Part shown: one piece after another, positions 1 through 9,225 of the stretch
Numbering within the stretch: the first letter of the stretch is position 1
How the letters are laid out: each line of letters begins with the position of its first letter
Assembly (NCBI GenBank): GCA_964488165.1
Contig: CAZATU010000002.1
Location: 137,334-201,333 of the forward strand
Length of the DNA: 64,000 nt
Direction of reading: 5' to 3'
Origin: an uncultured Candidatus Peribacteria bacterium
GTDB taxonomy: Bacteria > Patescibacteriota > Gracilibacteria > Peribacterales > Peribacteraceae
Program-made: the position numbers and the translations under genes
The notes under the pieces: generated by a model
The model's input: the letters and a program-made list of their open reading frames with translations, nothing else
Told to the model about the DNA's origin: nothing
Databases searched by the model: none

Positions 1-1271
1 CGGGCGTCGTCGCGCGCCTGGCTCTTCTTGATCGTCTCGATCACCGCATCGATGTTGTCGAGCGCGGTGCAGAGGCCTTCGAGGATATGCGCGCGCTCCT
101 TGGCGCGGTCGCGGTCGAACGTCACGCGGCGCGTGATCACCACGCGGCGGTGGTCGATGAAGATCTGGAGCAATTCCTGCAGGTTCATCAAGCGCGGCTG
201 CAAGCCGTCGGCGAGCGCGATGCAGTTGTAGCCGAAACTGCTCTGCAGCTCGGTGTGCTTGTAGAGCTGGTTCAGGATCTTCTGGGGATACGCATCCTTC
301 TTCATCTCGATGATGATGCGGATGCCCTCGCGGTCGGATTCGTCGCGGATATCGGAAATGCCAACAATGATCTTCTCGTTCACGAGCTCCGCCATGCGTT
401 CGATCATCGACGACTTGTTCACCTGGTACGGGATCTCCGAAATGCGAATCTGGTAGCGGCCCTTCACCTCCTCGATCTCGGCTTTGCCGCGCATCATCAC
501 GCTGCCGCGGCCGGTGAGGTACGCCTGCTTGATCGCTTCTTTGTCGTACACGATGCCGCCCGTCGGGAAATCCGGGCCCTTCACAAACTTCAGCAGGTCC
601 TCGACGGTCGCCGTCGGCTCCTCCAGCAAATGATGCAACGCCTCGATGAGCTCATTGAGGTTGTGCGGCGGGATGTTGGTCGCCATACCCACGGCGATGC
701 CGACAGTGCCGTTGAGGAGGAGGTTCGGGATCTTGCTCGGCAGGACCGACGGTTCCTTGCGGCTGCCATCGTAGTTGGAGCGGAATTCCACCGTACCCTT
801 GTCGATATCCTGCAGCACCTCGTCGGTGATGCGGGCCATCTTGGCCTCGGTGTAACGCATGGCGGCGGCGTTGTCGCCATCGATGGAACCGAAGTTCCCC
901 TGGCCGTGAATCAGCGGATAGCGCATCGAGAAATTCTGCGCCATGCGCACGAGCGCCTCGTACACGGGAGAGTCGCCGTGGGGGTGGTACTTACCCAGAA
1001 CGTCACCGACGACGAGGGCGGACTTGCGGAATTTCGAGGTGGAGCGCAGGCCCAAGTCGCTCATGGCGAAGAGGATGCGGCGATGCACGGGCTTGAGGCC
1101 GTCGCGGGCGTCCGGGAGGGCGCGGGCGACGATGACGCTCATGGCGTAATCGAGATAGCTCTCCTCCATTTCTGCGACGATGGGCCGCGGTTTGACGCGA
1201 CCAATGCTGGAGAGGGTTTCTCCAAGGGAGGGCTGCTCGACGTTATCTTGCGGAAGAGACGCTTCGGCCAT
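1..1271 (-). CDS. gyrA: DNA gyrase subunit A, N-terminal part (ORF continues off the left edge)
   Basis: Hand translation from ATG at 1271-1269: [13 protein letters not shown]...[32 protein letters not shown]...[41 protein letters not shown]...; canonical GyrA motifs. Absent from the ORF track because it is edge-truncated. Confidence 0.95.
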   Translation of the reverse strand, partial: MAEASLPQDNVEQPSLGETLSSIGRVKPRPIVAEMEESYLDYAMSVIVARALPDARDGLKPVHRRILFAMSDLGLRSTSKFRKSALVVGDVLGKYHPHGDSPVYEALVRMAQNFSMRYPLIHGQGNFGSIDGDNAAAMRYTEAKMARITDEVLQDIDKGTVEFRSNYDGSRKEPSVLPSKIPNLLLNGTVGIAVGMATNIPPHNLNELIEALHHLLEEPTATVEDLLKFVKGPDFPTGGIVYDKEAIKQAYLTGRGSVMMRGKAEIEEVKGRYQIRISEIPYQVNKSSMIERMAELVNEKIIVGISDIRDESDREGIRIIIEMKKDAYPQKILNQLYKHTELQSSFGYNCIALADGLQPRLMNLQELLQIFIDHRRVVITRRVTFDRDRAKERAHILEGLCTALDNIDAVIETIKKSQARDDA

Positions 1272-1454
1272 AGAGAAAAGCGGTTTGAAGCCAACAGATC
1301 ATACCGGAAATTCGCCCGTGCGAAAGCCCTTCCAAAGGGCGACGGTGCGCACCGGCCCCGCAGCCGCGCATTGCCCGCAACGCATGGCCGGAGCACACTA
1401 CGCCCCGTGCACAGCGCATCTCAGAACACAGCAAAACCGCTCTGGTGGCGAGCC

Positions 1455-2972
1455 ATGATCATCGGCTGCATCGGCGCGCTCTGGGTCATCGGCATCGCGC
1501 ATCCCATCAACATCTATAGGACGGATATCGGGCGCCATATTCGCAGCGGCGAAGTGATCCTCCAAACGGGCAGCGTTCCCTCCACCAACCTCTTCTCCTA
1601 TTCCGCCCCCAATTTCCCCGTTCCCAACCATCATTGGGGATCGGCGGTCCTCTTCGCGCTGGTCCATCGCGCATGGGGGTTTGTGGGCTTGTCGCTGCTC
1701 TTCATCGCCATGCAAACGGCCACGTTCCTGGTGGCGTTCGCTTCGGCGCGGCGCGTGGGCGGGTTCACGAGCGCAGCGCTGCTTGCCGTCGCCGCCGCGC
1801 CGCTCATGGTCTGCCGCACGGAAGTACGCCCGGAAATGTTCTCACATTTCTTTCTGGCAGCGATGATCGCGCTGTACCTGGCCCATGCCCAGGGTCGCAT
1901 GGGTCCGCGATGGCTGCTCGCCGTGCCGCTCATAGAAGTACTCTGGGTCAACGTCCACATCGTGTTCCCCGTCGGTGCCATGGTCGCCGGCGTGTTTGCC
2001 GTTGCAGCGGCGTGGCGCTGGTACGCGGAGCGGTCGGCATCGGCGAGGCAACATTTCTGCTGGCTGGCGGCCGTTGCCGCGGCGACCGCCCTGGCGATGA
2101 CGGTCAATCCGTTGGGCATCGAAGGCGCACTCTATCCGTTCCTCATCGTCGGCAAGCTCAGCGGCTACCAGCTCTTTGAGATGCAACCGACGTTCCACAT
2201 GTTCACAGCATTCCCGCCTGCAATCGCTTTCACGCTCCTGTGGAGCGTGAGCCTGCTGGGCATCGCTCTCACCTGGCAGCGGCGCTTCGCCGAGCGCCCG
2301 GCGCTCACGCTTGCCTTGGCCGGCCTCTTCGCCATCGGCACGGTCTTCGGCTGGATGGCGCTGCGCAACCTGCCGCTCGCGGCGCTCCTCCTCCTGCCCG
2401 CTGCGGCGGACGGATGGTCGGCGTCCGGGGCACTCGCATGGCTGCGCGGCACGGCGCTCCGCGGCCGCAGCGTGGCCGTCGTCCTTGCGGCGCTGCTCAG
2501 CTTCGGCATCACCCCGCTCTACTGGAAAGGCGCCATGGCAACCATCGGCATCGGGCTCTTCCCCGGGAGCCTCGACGCCATCCACGCCTACCGCGAAAGC
2601 CTCATGCGCGGGCCGATCTTCAACAATTACGACGTCGGCGGGGGCTTGATCTACGGCCTGTACCCCACGGAGCGCGTCTTCGCGGACAACCGCCCAGAAG
2701 CGTATCCGCCCGGATTCCTGGAGCACGTCGTGCTGGGCGCGCAGCGCGACGAACGAACATGGCAAACCGTGCTTGCGAAGGAGCGTTTTCAGAGCATTAT
2801 CTTCGCCTGGCAGGAGCGCACGCCCTGGACCATCCCATTCCTGCGCCGCCGCCTCGCCGACGGCATGTGGAGGCAAGTCTACGGCGATGAGAACGTCATC
2901 CTCCTGCGCCGCATCAAGGCACTCCCGGGCGAACAAGGCTTCACCGTCTACAAGAACGCTCCCCCTCGCTGA
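1455..2972 (+). CDS. polytopic membrane protein, function unknown (large-loop glycosyltransferase-like topology)
   Basis: C-terminal part of listed ORF 87..2972. The region upstream of 1455 is antisense to gyrA. From MIIGCIGALW there are many hydrophobic helices and high GC3. Start chosen at the first ATG after gyrA. Confidence 0.6.
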   Translation: MIIGCIGALWVIGIAHPINIYRTDIGRHIRSGEVILQTGSVPSTNLFSYSAPNFPVPNHHWGSAVLFALVHRAWGFVGLSLLFIAMQTATFLVAFASARRVGGFTSAALLAVAAAPLMVCRTEVRPEMFSHFFLAAMIALYLAHAQGRMGPRWLLAVPLIEVLWVNVHIVFPVGAMVAGVFAVAAAWRWYAERSASARQHFCWLAAVAAATALAMTVNPLGIEGALYPFLIVGKLSGYQLFEMQPTFHMFTAFPPAIAFTLLWSVSLLGIALTWQRRFAERPALTLALAGLFAIGTVFGWMALRNLPLAALLLLPAAADGWSASGALAWLRGTALRGRSVAVVLAALLSFGITPLYWKGAMATIGIGLFPGSLDAIHAYRESLMRGPIFNNYDVGGGLIYGLYPTERVFADNRPEAYPPGFLEHVVLGAQRDERTWQTVLAKERFQSIIFAWQERTPWTIPFLRRRLADGMWRQVYGDENVILLRRIKALPGEQGFTVYKNAPPR

Positions 2973-2974
2973 CC

Positions 2975-3649
2975 ATGCTCTCGGTCGTCGCCACCCCCAT
3001 CGGCAACCTCGGCGATCTGTCGCCGCGCGCGCTCGAAGCGCTGCGCTCCTGCGCGGCGATCGTCTGCGAAGACACGCGTTCGACGGGCCAACTACTCAAG
3101 CACTACAACATCGAGAAGAAACCCTTCCTCAGCTTCCACGGATACAGCGACCTTGCGCGCCTCGACAGCTTCGTTGCCCGGCTGCAGGCAGGTGAGCACC
3201 TCTGCCTCGTCAGCGATGCCGGCACACCGGGCATTTCGGACCCCGGCAACATCCTGGTGAGCCGTGCGGCCGATGCGGGCGTCCGCATCGAAGCGCTTCC
3301 TGGCCCCGCTGCCTTCCTCACGGCGCTCTCGGTCTCCGGCCTCCCCATCCACACGTTCACCTACCTCGGCTTCCTGCCGCTCAAGAAGGGGCGCAAAACT
3401 CTGATCAATTCTTTTGTACAAGAAGAACGCACGATTGTCTTCTACGAGTCGGTGCACCGCATCGAACGCACGCTGCTCGAGCTCGCCACAGCACTGGCAG
3501 CGGAACCCGAACGGCACATCGTGGTAGCGCGCGAGCTCACGAAAATGCATGAAGAAGTCGTTCGCACGACGGTCGCGGAGCTCCCCGAGGCGGCCAAGCG
3601 CATGGTGAAAAAAGGCGAGTTCGTCGTCATCGTCGCAGGCGCGCGCTAG
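2975..3649 (+). CDS. rsmI: 16S rRNA (cytidine1402-2'-O)-methyltransferase
   Basis: MLSVVATPIGNLGDLSPRALEALRSCAAIVCEDTR...DAGTPGISDPG: tetrapyrrole-methylase-fold RsmI signature. Confidence 0.85.
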   Translation: MLSVVATPIGNLGDLSPRALEALRSCAAIVCEDTRSTGQLLKHYNIEKKPFLSFHGYSDLARLDSFVARLQAGEHLCLVSDAGTPGISDPGNILVSRAADAGVRIEALPGPAAFLTALSVSGLPIHTFTYLGFLPLKKGRKTLINSFVQEERTIVFYESVHRIERTLLELATALAAEPERHIVVARELTKMHEEVVRTTVAELPEAAKRMVKKGEFVVIVAGAR

Positions 3650-4929
3650 AGCGACGGCAGCGCGTCGAGCGGATTCACGTTCGCCCCTTGGCGGATCACT
3701 TCGAAGTGCAGGTGGGATGCGGTGGTCATGGGGCCGGCACCAGGCGTCCCCGGGCGGCCGCCCGACAGCCCGATCACTTGGCCCGCGCTCACCTCCTGCC
3801 CCGCCGCAACGCCCACCGCCTGCAAGTGACCGTAGAGCGTAGCAACCCCGCCGCGATGGCCGATGAGCACGTAGGTATAGCCCGTGTCTCCCCCGTCGCG
3901 CACGAGGAACACGATGCCGTCGGCGGCGCTACGGACCTGCGTGCCATCGTTCACCGCGATGTCGATGCCATGGTGCGGCACGCCGAACGTTTCCTGGTAC
4001 GCCACGTCGAGGTATCCGCCGGAAATCCTGCCGTAGGCCGGCCAGCGTAGATCCGGCGCCGATGCAGCCATGCGCGTCGCGGCAACCGCAGAGGGATCGA
4101 TGAGACCCTTGGCCAACAGCTGTCGCTCGGCACGCTCGCGCAGCTGGGCATCGATGCGTTCCATCTGCGCCTGGAGTTGCAATACGTGGTCGTGCACGTC
4201 GCGCATGATTCCTTGGATCGTCCGGGCATTGCCCTCAGCGCGGGCCAGCGCGGCGGCGGACGTGTCGTAGGCATCAGCGGCGGTTGCCGTCTGCGCCAAA
4301 AGGTCGGCATGGCGCGTACGCAGCGCAGCGACATCGTCGTCGGTGACGCGGGCAATGAGCATCAGGTGGCTCTGCCGGGCGGCGAGCTCGCGCGCGATGG
4401 ATCGGTCGAAATCGTCCTGCAATGCGGTGATGGCCGAGCGGCCCTCAAGCGCAGCGGCGAACGCGGCGCCCGGCCCGCGCAGGAGCGGAGGCTCATAGGC
4501 GGCGCTCAGCGCGGTCAGCATCGGCGCCATTGCGGCGTCCGCTTGCGCTTCCGCATCGGTTGCAGGCAACCCCGTCACTGCATGCAACGCCTGGGCGCTG
4601 CGCTGCGCGGCGGCGATGGCCAGGCGCACGTCGCGCTTTTCAGCCATGAGAGCGGCGAGCTCCCGGGCGCTCTGCTGCAGCTCGTGCTTCTCGGTGCGGC
4701 TGCGGGTCAACGCCGCGGCACGGTCGCGGTAGCTCTCGGCCGCACGGTCGAGCGTGACGGTGAATTGCTCGCGCACGGCATCACCGCCGTTCTTGATGAG
4801 CAGCGCGCGGATGCCACCCACATCGAGAGGTGTGTGCATCGTGAGCGCCCCCAGCAATCCCATCGCCAGGACGGCCGCCGCGGGCGACCGACGGCGCAGC
4901 AGCGCAGTGCGGACGGTTTTGGTGTGCAT
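3646..4929 (-). CDS. M23 family peptidoglycan DD-metallopeptidase with coiled-coil N-terminal region
   Basis: C-terminus HHGIDIAV...TLYGHL...ASHLHFEV (M23 metal ligands). Signal/TM at MHTKTVRTALLRRRSPAAAVLAMGLLGAL. Start moved to the ATG at 4929; the listed 5' extension overlaps ruvA. Confidence 0.85.
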   Translation of the reverse strand: MHTKTVRTALLRRRSPAAAVLAMGLLGALTMHTPLDVGGIRALLIKNGGDAVREQFTVTLDRAAESYRDRAAALTRSRTEKHELQQSARELAALMAEKRDVRLAIAAAQRSAQALHAVTGLPATDAEAQADAAMAPMLTALSAAYEPPLLRGPGAAFAAALEGRSAITALQDDFDRSIARELAARQSHLMLIARVTDDDVAALRTRHADLLAQTATAADAYDTSAAALARAEGNARTIQGIMRDVHDHVLQLQAQMERIDAQLRERAERQLLAKGLIDPSAVAATRMAASAPDLRWPAYGRISGGYLDVAYQETFGVPHHGIDIAVNDGTQVRSAADGIVFLVRDGGDTGYTYVLIGHRGGVATLYGHLQAVGVAAGQEVSAGQVIGLSGGRPGTPGAGPMTTASHLHFEVIRQGANVNPLDALPSL

Positions 4930-4989
4930 TTCCGTACAGTATAGCGCAAAACGCTCGCTCGCGGAACGGGGCGTCTGTATACTCCGCCC

Positions 4990-5571
4990 ATGATCAGCCG
5001 CCTCCGAGGAACGGCCCTGCGCGAACGGCCATGCGAGATCACCCTCGATGTCGGAGGCGTCGGCTACCGCGTCCACACGCCGCTCAACGTCTGGGAGGCG
5101 CTGCCCGAAGGAATGGAAACGACGCTCTTCATCGTGAGCTACGTCCGCGAAGACCGGTTCGATCTGTTCGGGTTTTCCGACGTCCGCACCCGCGCGCTCT
5201 TCGAGCACTTAATCGGCATCTCGGGCATCGGCCCGCGCACGGCGCTCGAACTCTGCGGCGTGCCGCGCTCGCTCCTGGCGCAAGCCGTGGTGGAGGAAGA
5301 CGGCAGCTGCCTCACATCCGTCAAAGGCATCGGCAAGAAGAGCGCCGAGAAGCTCATGGTGGAGCTCAAATCCCTCGCCGAAAAAGACCCCGCGCTCTTC
5401 GAGGGCAGCGACGGTACGCCCGCGTCCGGGCTGCGCCGCGACCCCGACGCCATCGCCGCGCTCGCGCAGCTGGGGTACAAAACCGCCGAGATTTTGCGCA
5501 CGCTCGACCTGCTGCCTGGCTCGCTCCGCAGCACCGAAGAGCGCGTCGCCGCCGCCCTCCAACACCTCTAA
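4990..5571 (+). CDS. ruvA: Holliday junction branch migration complex subunit RuvA
   Basis: MISRLRGT...DVGGVGYRV...FGF...LIGISGIGPRTALELC...VKGIGKKSAEKLMVELK (OB fold plus two HhH motifs). Confidence 0.9.
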   Translation: MISRLRGTALRERPCEITLDVGGVGYRVHTPLNVWEALPEGMETTLFIVSYVREDRFDLFGFSDVRTRALFEHLIGISGIGPRTALELCGVPRSLLAQAVVEEDGSCLTSVKGIGKKSAEKLMVELKSLAEKDPALFEGSDGTPASGLRRDPDAIAALAQLGYKTAEILRTLDLLPGSLRSTEERVAAALQHL

Positions 5572-5574
5572 GCC

Positions 5575-6855
5575 ATGCTGCATCTCGATATCGCCGGCAC
5601 GCTTGCCAAGCTCATCACGCCGACCCACGGCATCCCCGACCAGGAGCTTACCGGGCTGCGCACGGCCATGCGCCGCTACGTCGCCGACTGGCTCCAGGAG
5701 CGCCGCGACGGGCAGCACGGCTGGGCAATGTGCCCCTACAACAAGCGCGTGATCGCGGCGTGCGAGAAGGTTGCCGAAACCGCCAAAGCCGAACGCATCC
5801 AAACCGTCGTGTGGATCGGCATCGGCGGCTCGGGCCTCGGCCCGCGCGTCATCCAGGAAGTGCTCGAAAGCCCCAAGACCGTCGAATTCCTCGTGCTCGA
5901 CACGATGGACCCCACGCTGCTGGAACACTACGCCGAGCTGCTCGACTGGAAGAACACGCTCGTCGTGGTGGTGAGCAAATCCGGCAACACGCTCGAAACG
6001 ATGAGCGGCTTCTTCTACTGCTACGAGCTGCTCAAAGCTGCGCGCGGCGCCAAGGCGCATGAGCGGGTGGTGGCCATCTCCGACCCTACCGAGAACCCCC
6101 TGCATGCGCTCGCGCTCAAAGAACAATTCGCCTTCCTGCCGATCCCGCCGGATGTCGGCGGCCGCTACTCCGTGCTCTCCCCCGTGGGGCTCCTGCCCGT
6201 GGCGCTGCTCGGCGGCGACGTGGACGCGTTCGTGCGCGGCGCGCGCGACTTCGATGAGCTCACGCAGCAAACCGTCCTCGAGGAGAACCCCGCGGCCATG
6301 CTCGCCTGCGTGCAATTCCTGCTCGATACCAAGCGCAACTATCCGATCCGCGTGATCATGCCCTACGCCCAGCGCCTCTCCTCGCTCGCGCGCTGGAACC
6401 AGCAGCTCATCGCCGAAAGCCTCGGCAAGAACGAGCTGAGCAACCCGATTCCCATGGCCGCCATCGGCACGCAAGACCAGCACTCGCTCCTGCAGCAGTG
6501 GATGGCGGGGCCGCGCTCGCAGTGGCACCTGTTCATCCGCGAGCTGGAGCGCCCGCGCGTGCAGCTCCCCGAAACGCTCCCCAAGCCCTTCGATCTCTAC
6601 GCCGGCAAAACCTTCGGCCAGCTCATCGACGCGTGCTACGAAGGCACGAGCCGCGCGCTCCTCTCGGTGAAGCGCCCGTCGGTGACGATCTCCATCACCC
6701 GCCTCGACGAGTACCACTTGGGGCAGCTGTTCTTCTGCCTGCTCGCGGAAGTGGTGTTCCTCGGCAAGCTCTATCGCATCGACCCCTACGGCCAGCCCGC
6801 CGTGGAAATCGGCAAGACCATCACCAAGGAGCTCCTGTCACGCGGACGCGCGTAG
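5575..6855 (+). CDS. pgi: glucose-6-phosphate isomerase
   Basis: IGIGGSGLGPRV..., VVVSKSGNTLET, DVGGRYSVLSPVGLLP, GTQDQHSLLQQ: SIS/PGI family motifs. Confidence 0.85.
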   Translation: MLHLDIAGTLAKLITPTHGIPDQELTGLRTAMRRYVADWLQERRDGQHGWAMCPYNKRVIAACEKVAETAKAERIQTVVWIGIGGSGLGPRVIQEVLESPKTVEFLVLDTMDPTLLEHYAELLDWKNTLVVVVSKSGNTLETMSGFFYCYELLKAARGAKAHERVVAISDPTENPLHALALKEQFAFLPIPPDVGGRYSVLSPVGLLPVALLGGDVDAFVRGARDFDELTQQTVLEENPAAMLACVQFLLDTKRNYPIRVIMPYAQRLSSLARWNQQLIAESLGKNELSNPIPMAAIGTQDQHSLLQQWMAGPRSQWHLFIRELERPRVQLPETLPKPFDLYAGKTFGQLIDACYEGTSRALLSVKRPSVTISITRLDEYHLGQLFFCLLAEVVFLGKLYRIDPYGQPAVEIGKTITKELLSRGRA

Positions 6856-6908
6856 CACTCTGCGCTGCGCCGGAGTACACTCGCTCCCGTTCGCTTCCCC
6901 CCGCAATC

Positions 6909-7226
6909 ATGTCCAACGTCACCGACGCCACCTTTGATGCCGAAGTCCTCCAATCCTCGACCCCTGTCTTGGTCGATTTCTGGGCTCCGTGGTGCGGACC
7001 ATGCAAGGCGATGCTCCCCATCGTTGAGGAGCTGGAAAAGGAGTACACGGGCAAGGTGAAAGTGGTGAAGATGAACGTGGATGAAGAGAGCGACGTGGCC
7101 GGCAAATTCAACGTGATGAGCATCCCGACGTTTGCCTTTTTCAAAGGCGGCAAGATCGTCAAAACCATCGTGGGCGGCCGCTCGAAGCAGGACATGAAAA
7201 ACGAGCTCGAAGCACTCCTGGCATGA
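6909..7226 (+). CDS. trxA: thioredoxin
   Basis: VLVDFWAPWCGPCKAM active site; 105 aa typical length. Confidence 0.95.
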   Translation: MSNVTDATFDAEVLQSSTPVLVDFWAPWCGPCKAMLPIVEELEKEYTGKVKVVKMNVDEESDVAGKFNVMSIPTFAFFKGGKIVKTIVGGRSKQDMKNELEALLA

Positions 7227-7483
7227 AGTACATCCTCTGCACCGTCGGCATCGTGGGTTCGTTCTACCTGCTCAAGTACCGCGAGCGCGTGGGCGACATG
7301 GTGGGCGACGCGGAGTGGATGCGCTATGTAGGCGGGGTCTACGGCCTGGTGACGGTCGTCGCGCTCATCATCTTCTTCTGGAGTATCGCGGAGCTCACCA
7401 ACACAACGGAAATCCTCTTCAGCCCGCTGTTGATGATCTTGCCTGCGGGGCGGCAGGTTCCGGCGGATCAGGTGGTGTTCTAG
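7223..7483 (+). CDS. small two-helix membrane protein, unknown function
   Basis: ATGA overlap with the trxA stop; two hydrophobic segments (ILCTVGIVGSFYLL, VYGLVTVVALIIFFWSI). Confidence 0.5.
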   Translation: MKYILCTVGIVGSFYLLKYRERVGDMVGDAEWMRYVGGVYGLVTVVALIIFFWSIAELTNTTEILFSPLLMILPAGRQVPADQVVF

Positions 7484-7511
7484 GAGATGTAAAGAGGGGT
7501 ATATTTGCTCC

Positions 7512-8576
7512 ATGCCTATTCAGAATACTGTTTTTATCTTTGGCGCTGGTGCCTCCTACGATGTCATAGGAAATCACACTTTGCCAAACTATGAATATGG
7601 CAATAAGTGGAAGCCGCCACTAACTAAGGATCTTTTTAAATCCACACAGGAATTTGACGATCTGGTAATTAATTACCCAGAACTATCCATCTTAACAGGC
7701 GACGTGCGGCGAGCAGTACAAGAGAAAAATATGGATTTTGAGAGCTACATGATGAATGTTAAGCAGCTCTCGGAGACTAACCCACTGCGCCATAGGCAGT
7801 TAGTACAAATGCGCTTCTATTTGCGTGAACTTCTCAATGAATGTTCCAACAAATACGTATATACGGCCAACCAATATGGCACGTTAATTGCAAGGCTCTT
7901 AGACATAAAGGGGGCTGCGAAAATCACTTTTGTCAGCTTCAACTATGACACGCTATTGGAGCAGGCAATGATGGCATGTCGCTTATTACCAGAACGCCAT
8001 TCACTCTCTATGGCTTCATACATCCATGCTGATATCCCATTGATCAAGCCACATGGTTCGGTCCAGTGGATATATAAAATCCCCCGTGACCGATACTCTC
8101 CTCAGTTAGGATGGAACAAATGGCTATTTGAAGTGCTAGCAAAAATTGAACCAGATGTATCAAAAATACCGATTGATATCGACGTATACTGGAAAAGTCA
8201 TGGTGAAATGGGAAAATTCGATGAGAACAATTTCTATTATCCAGCAATCGCGATACCGCTAAACAAAAAAACTGAATTCCTGCTGCCAAGAGAACATCTT
8301 GGAACACTTAAGACAGCACTGGTTGAAGCTCAAAATATTGTAACAATTGGATGGCGTGGTGCCGAAGACAAATTCTGCAACCTCATGAAGGAATGCCTCG
8401 CTGACCGAAGGCACAATCTTCATGTTGTGACCGAAAACCTTCAAAGCGCACAAGAAATTTGCGACCGCCTCCAAATAAATTATCTTGAGCAATCTAGCTC
8501 TCTACCTCGTGGTGGAGGCTTTTCTAAATTTTTAACAAACTTTGACAACCAGCAACTAGCTTCGATGCTCTCCTAA
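7512..8576 (+). CDS. stand-alone SIR2_2-type (SIR2-like) domain protein, putative NAD-consuming effector
   Basis: FIFGAGASYD (GAGxS), FVSFNYDTLLEQ (NYD), LIKPHGSVQW (catalytic His), IVTIGWRGAEDKF (GYS.xD-like). The ORF is conspicuously AT-rich compared with both flanks. Confidence 0.8.
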   Translation: MPIQNTVFIFGAGASYDVIGNHTLPNYEYGNKWKPPLTKDLFKSTQEFDDLVINYPELSILTGDVRRAVQEKNMDFESYMMNVKQLSETNPLRHRQLVQMRFYLRELLNECSNKYVYTANQYGTLIARLLDIKGAAKITFVSFNYDTLLEQAMMACRLLPERHSLSMASYIHADIPLIKPHGSVQWIYKIPRDRYSPQLGWNKWLFEVLAKIEPDVSKIPIDIDVYWKSHGEMGKFDENNFYYPAIAIPLNKKTEFLLPREHLGTLKTALVEAQNIVTIGWRGAEDKFCNLMKECLADRRHNLHVVTENLQSAQEICDRLQINYLEQSSSLPRGGGFSKFLTNFDNQQLASMLS

Positions 8577-8648
8577 GCCGCTGCGGGGAAATGTAGGTAG
8601 CAGAGAAACTCCTGCCGCCCCCGCTTCGCTCTGACTTCGCCGGGGAGG

Positions 8649-8888
8649 CTATAGCCTCTTCTTCGCAAATGCCCGTCCTGCATGCGATTTCAAATATCGC
8701 TCAAAGGCAAACGCACGATCTCGGTTGGCAAATGCCACATAGCTCTTGAGTCGCCATTGTCGACCCTCTCTACGGGTATGCGCTGTATGCCCGGCGTTGT
8801 GCTGAAACATGCGGCGGTCGAGGTTATTGGTCAGGCCAACGTACCAATGGAGGCCATCGCAGGATTCCAGAATGTACACGTACTGCAT
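8649..8888 (-). CDS. GIY-YIG nuclease domain protein (UPF0213-like)
   Basis: MQYVYILESCDGLHWYVGLTNNLDRRMFQHN...: GIY-YIG core. Start set at the internal ATG 8888. Confidence 0.85.
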   Translation of the reverse strand: MQYVYILESCDGLHWYVGLTNNLDRRMFQHNAGHTAHTRREGRQWRLKSYVAFANRDRAFAFERYLKSHAGRAFAKKRL

Positions 8889-9014
8889 AGGTACATGATG
8901 AAAAGCCCGGCTCCGCTGCGCTGCGCCGCGGCATCCGGCTTCGTTCGCCCAACCTCGATTTGCACTACGGATCCATCGCGGCATAGTTCCGTTCAGCAAC
9001 GGAACGAAGCCGGA

Positions 9015-9090
9015 TGGTGGAGCTGAGGAGATTCGAACTCCTGACCCTCTGCTTGCAAAGCAGATGCTCTACCAACTGAGCTACAGCCCC
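9015..9090 (-). tRNA. tRNA-Ala (anticodon TGC), CCA encoded
   Basis: Reverse complement GGGGCTGTAGCTCAGTTGGTAGAGCATCTGCTTTGCAAGCAGAGGGTCAGGAGTTCGAATCTCCTCAGCTCCACCA. Cloverleaf folds; G3:U70 identity pair; loop TTTGCAA. Confidence 0.95.
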
Positions 9091-9170
9091 ACAGGGTTAC
9101 AGTGATGATGGGAAAGACTCGGTCCGAGCACGGTATCTTCTGCTAGCGCGCCTCGCAAGCTGCGGCGCGG

Positions 9171-9191
9171 CCAACTGAGCTACAGCCCCAC
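9171..9191 (-). repeat. 21-nt exact duplicate of the tRNA-Ala 5' end (plus 2 nt upstream of it)
   Basis: ccaactgagctacagccccac occurs at 9072-9092 and again at 9171-9191. The second copy is not followed by a foldable tRNA body. Confidence 0.9.
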
Positions 9192-9225
9192 GTACGCGGG
9201 ATAGTACACAAAAACAGCGAAGTCA

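Noticed and set aside
87-1454. 5' two-thirds of the listed 961-aa ORF 87..2972
   Set aside because: It is antisense to an unmistakable gyrA reading frame and is Arg/His/Val-rich. Only the part from 1455 onward looks like a real (membrane) protein.
8607-8614. 8-nt match (aactcctg) to the tRNA-Ala T-arm region as a possible att remnant delimiting the SIR2 islet
   Set aside because: It is too short to distinguish from chance, and no matching repeat lies at the other border (7484-7511).
9093-9192. A second tRNA gene or intron-containing tRNA starting at the duplicated GGGGCTGTAGCTCAGTTGG
   Set aside because: The D-stem cannot close (GCTC is not matched by a following GAGC). No anticodon or T arm follows, and the downstream tRNA-Ala is already complete.
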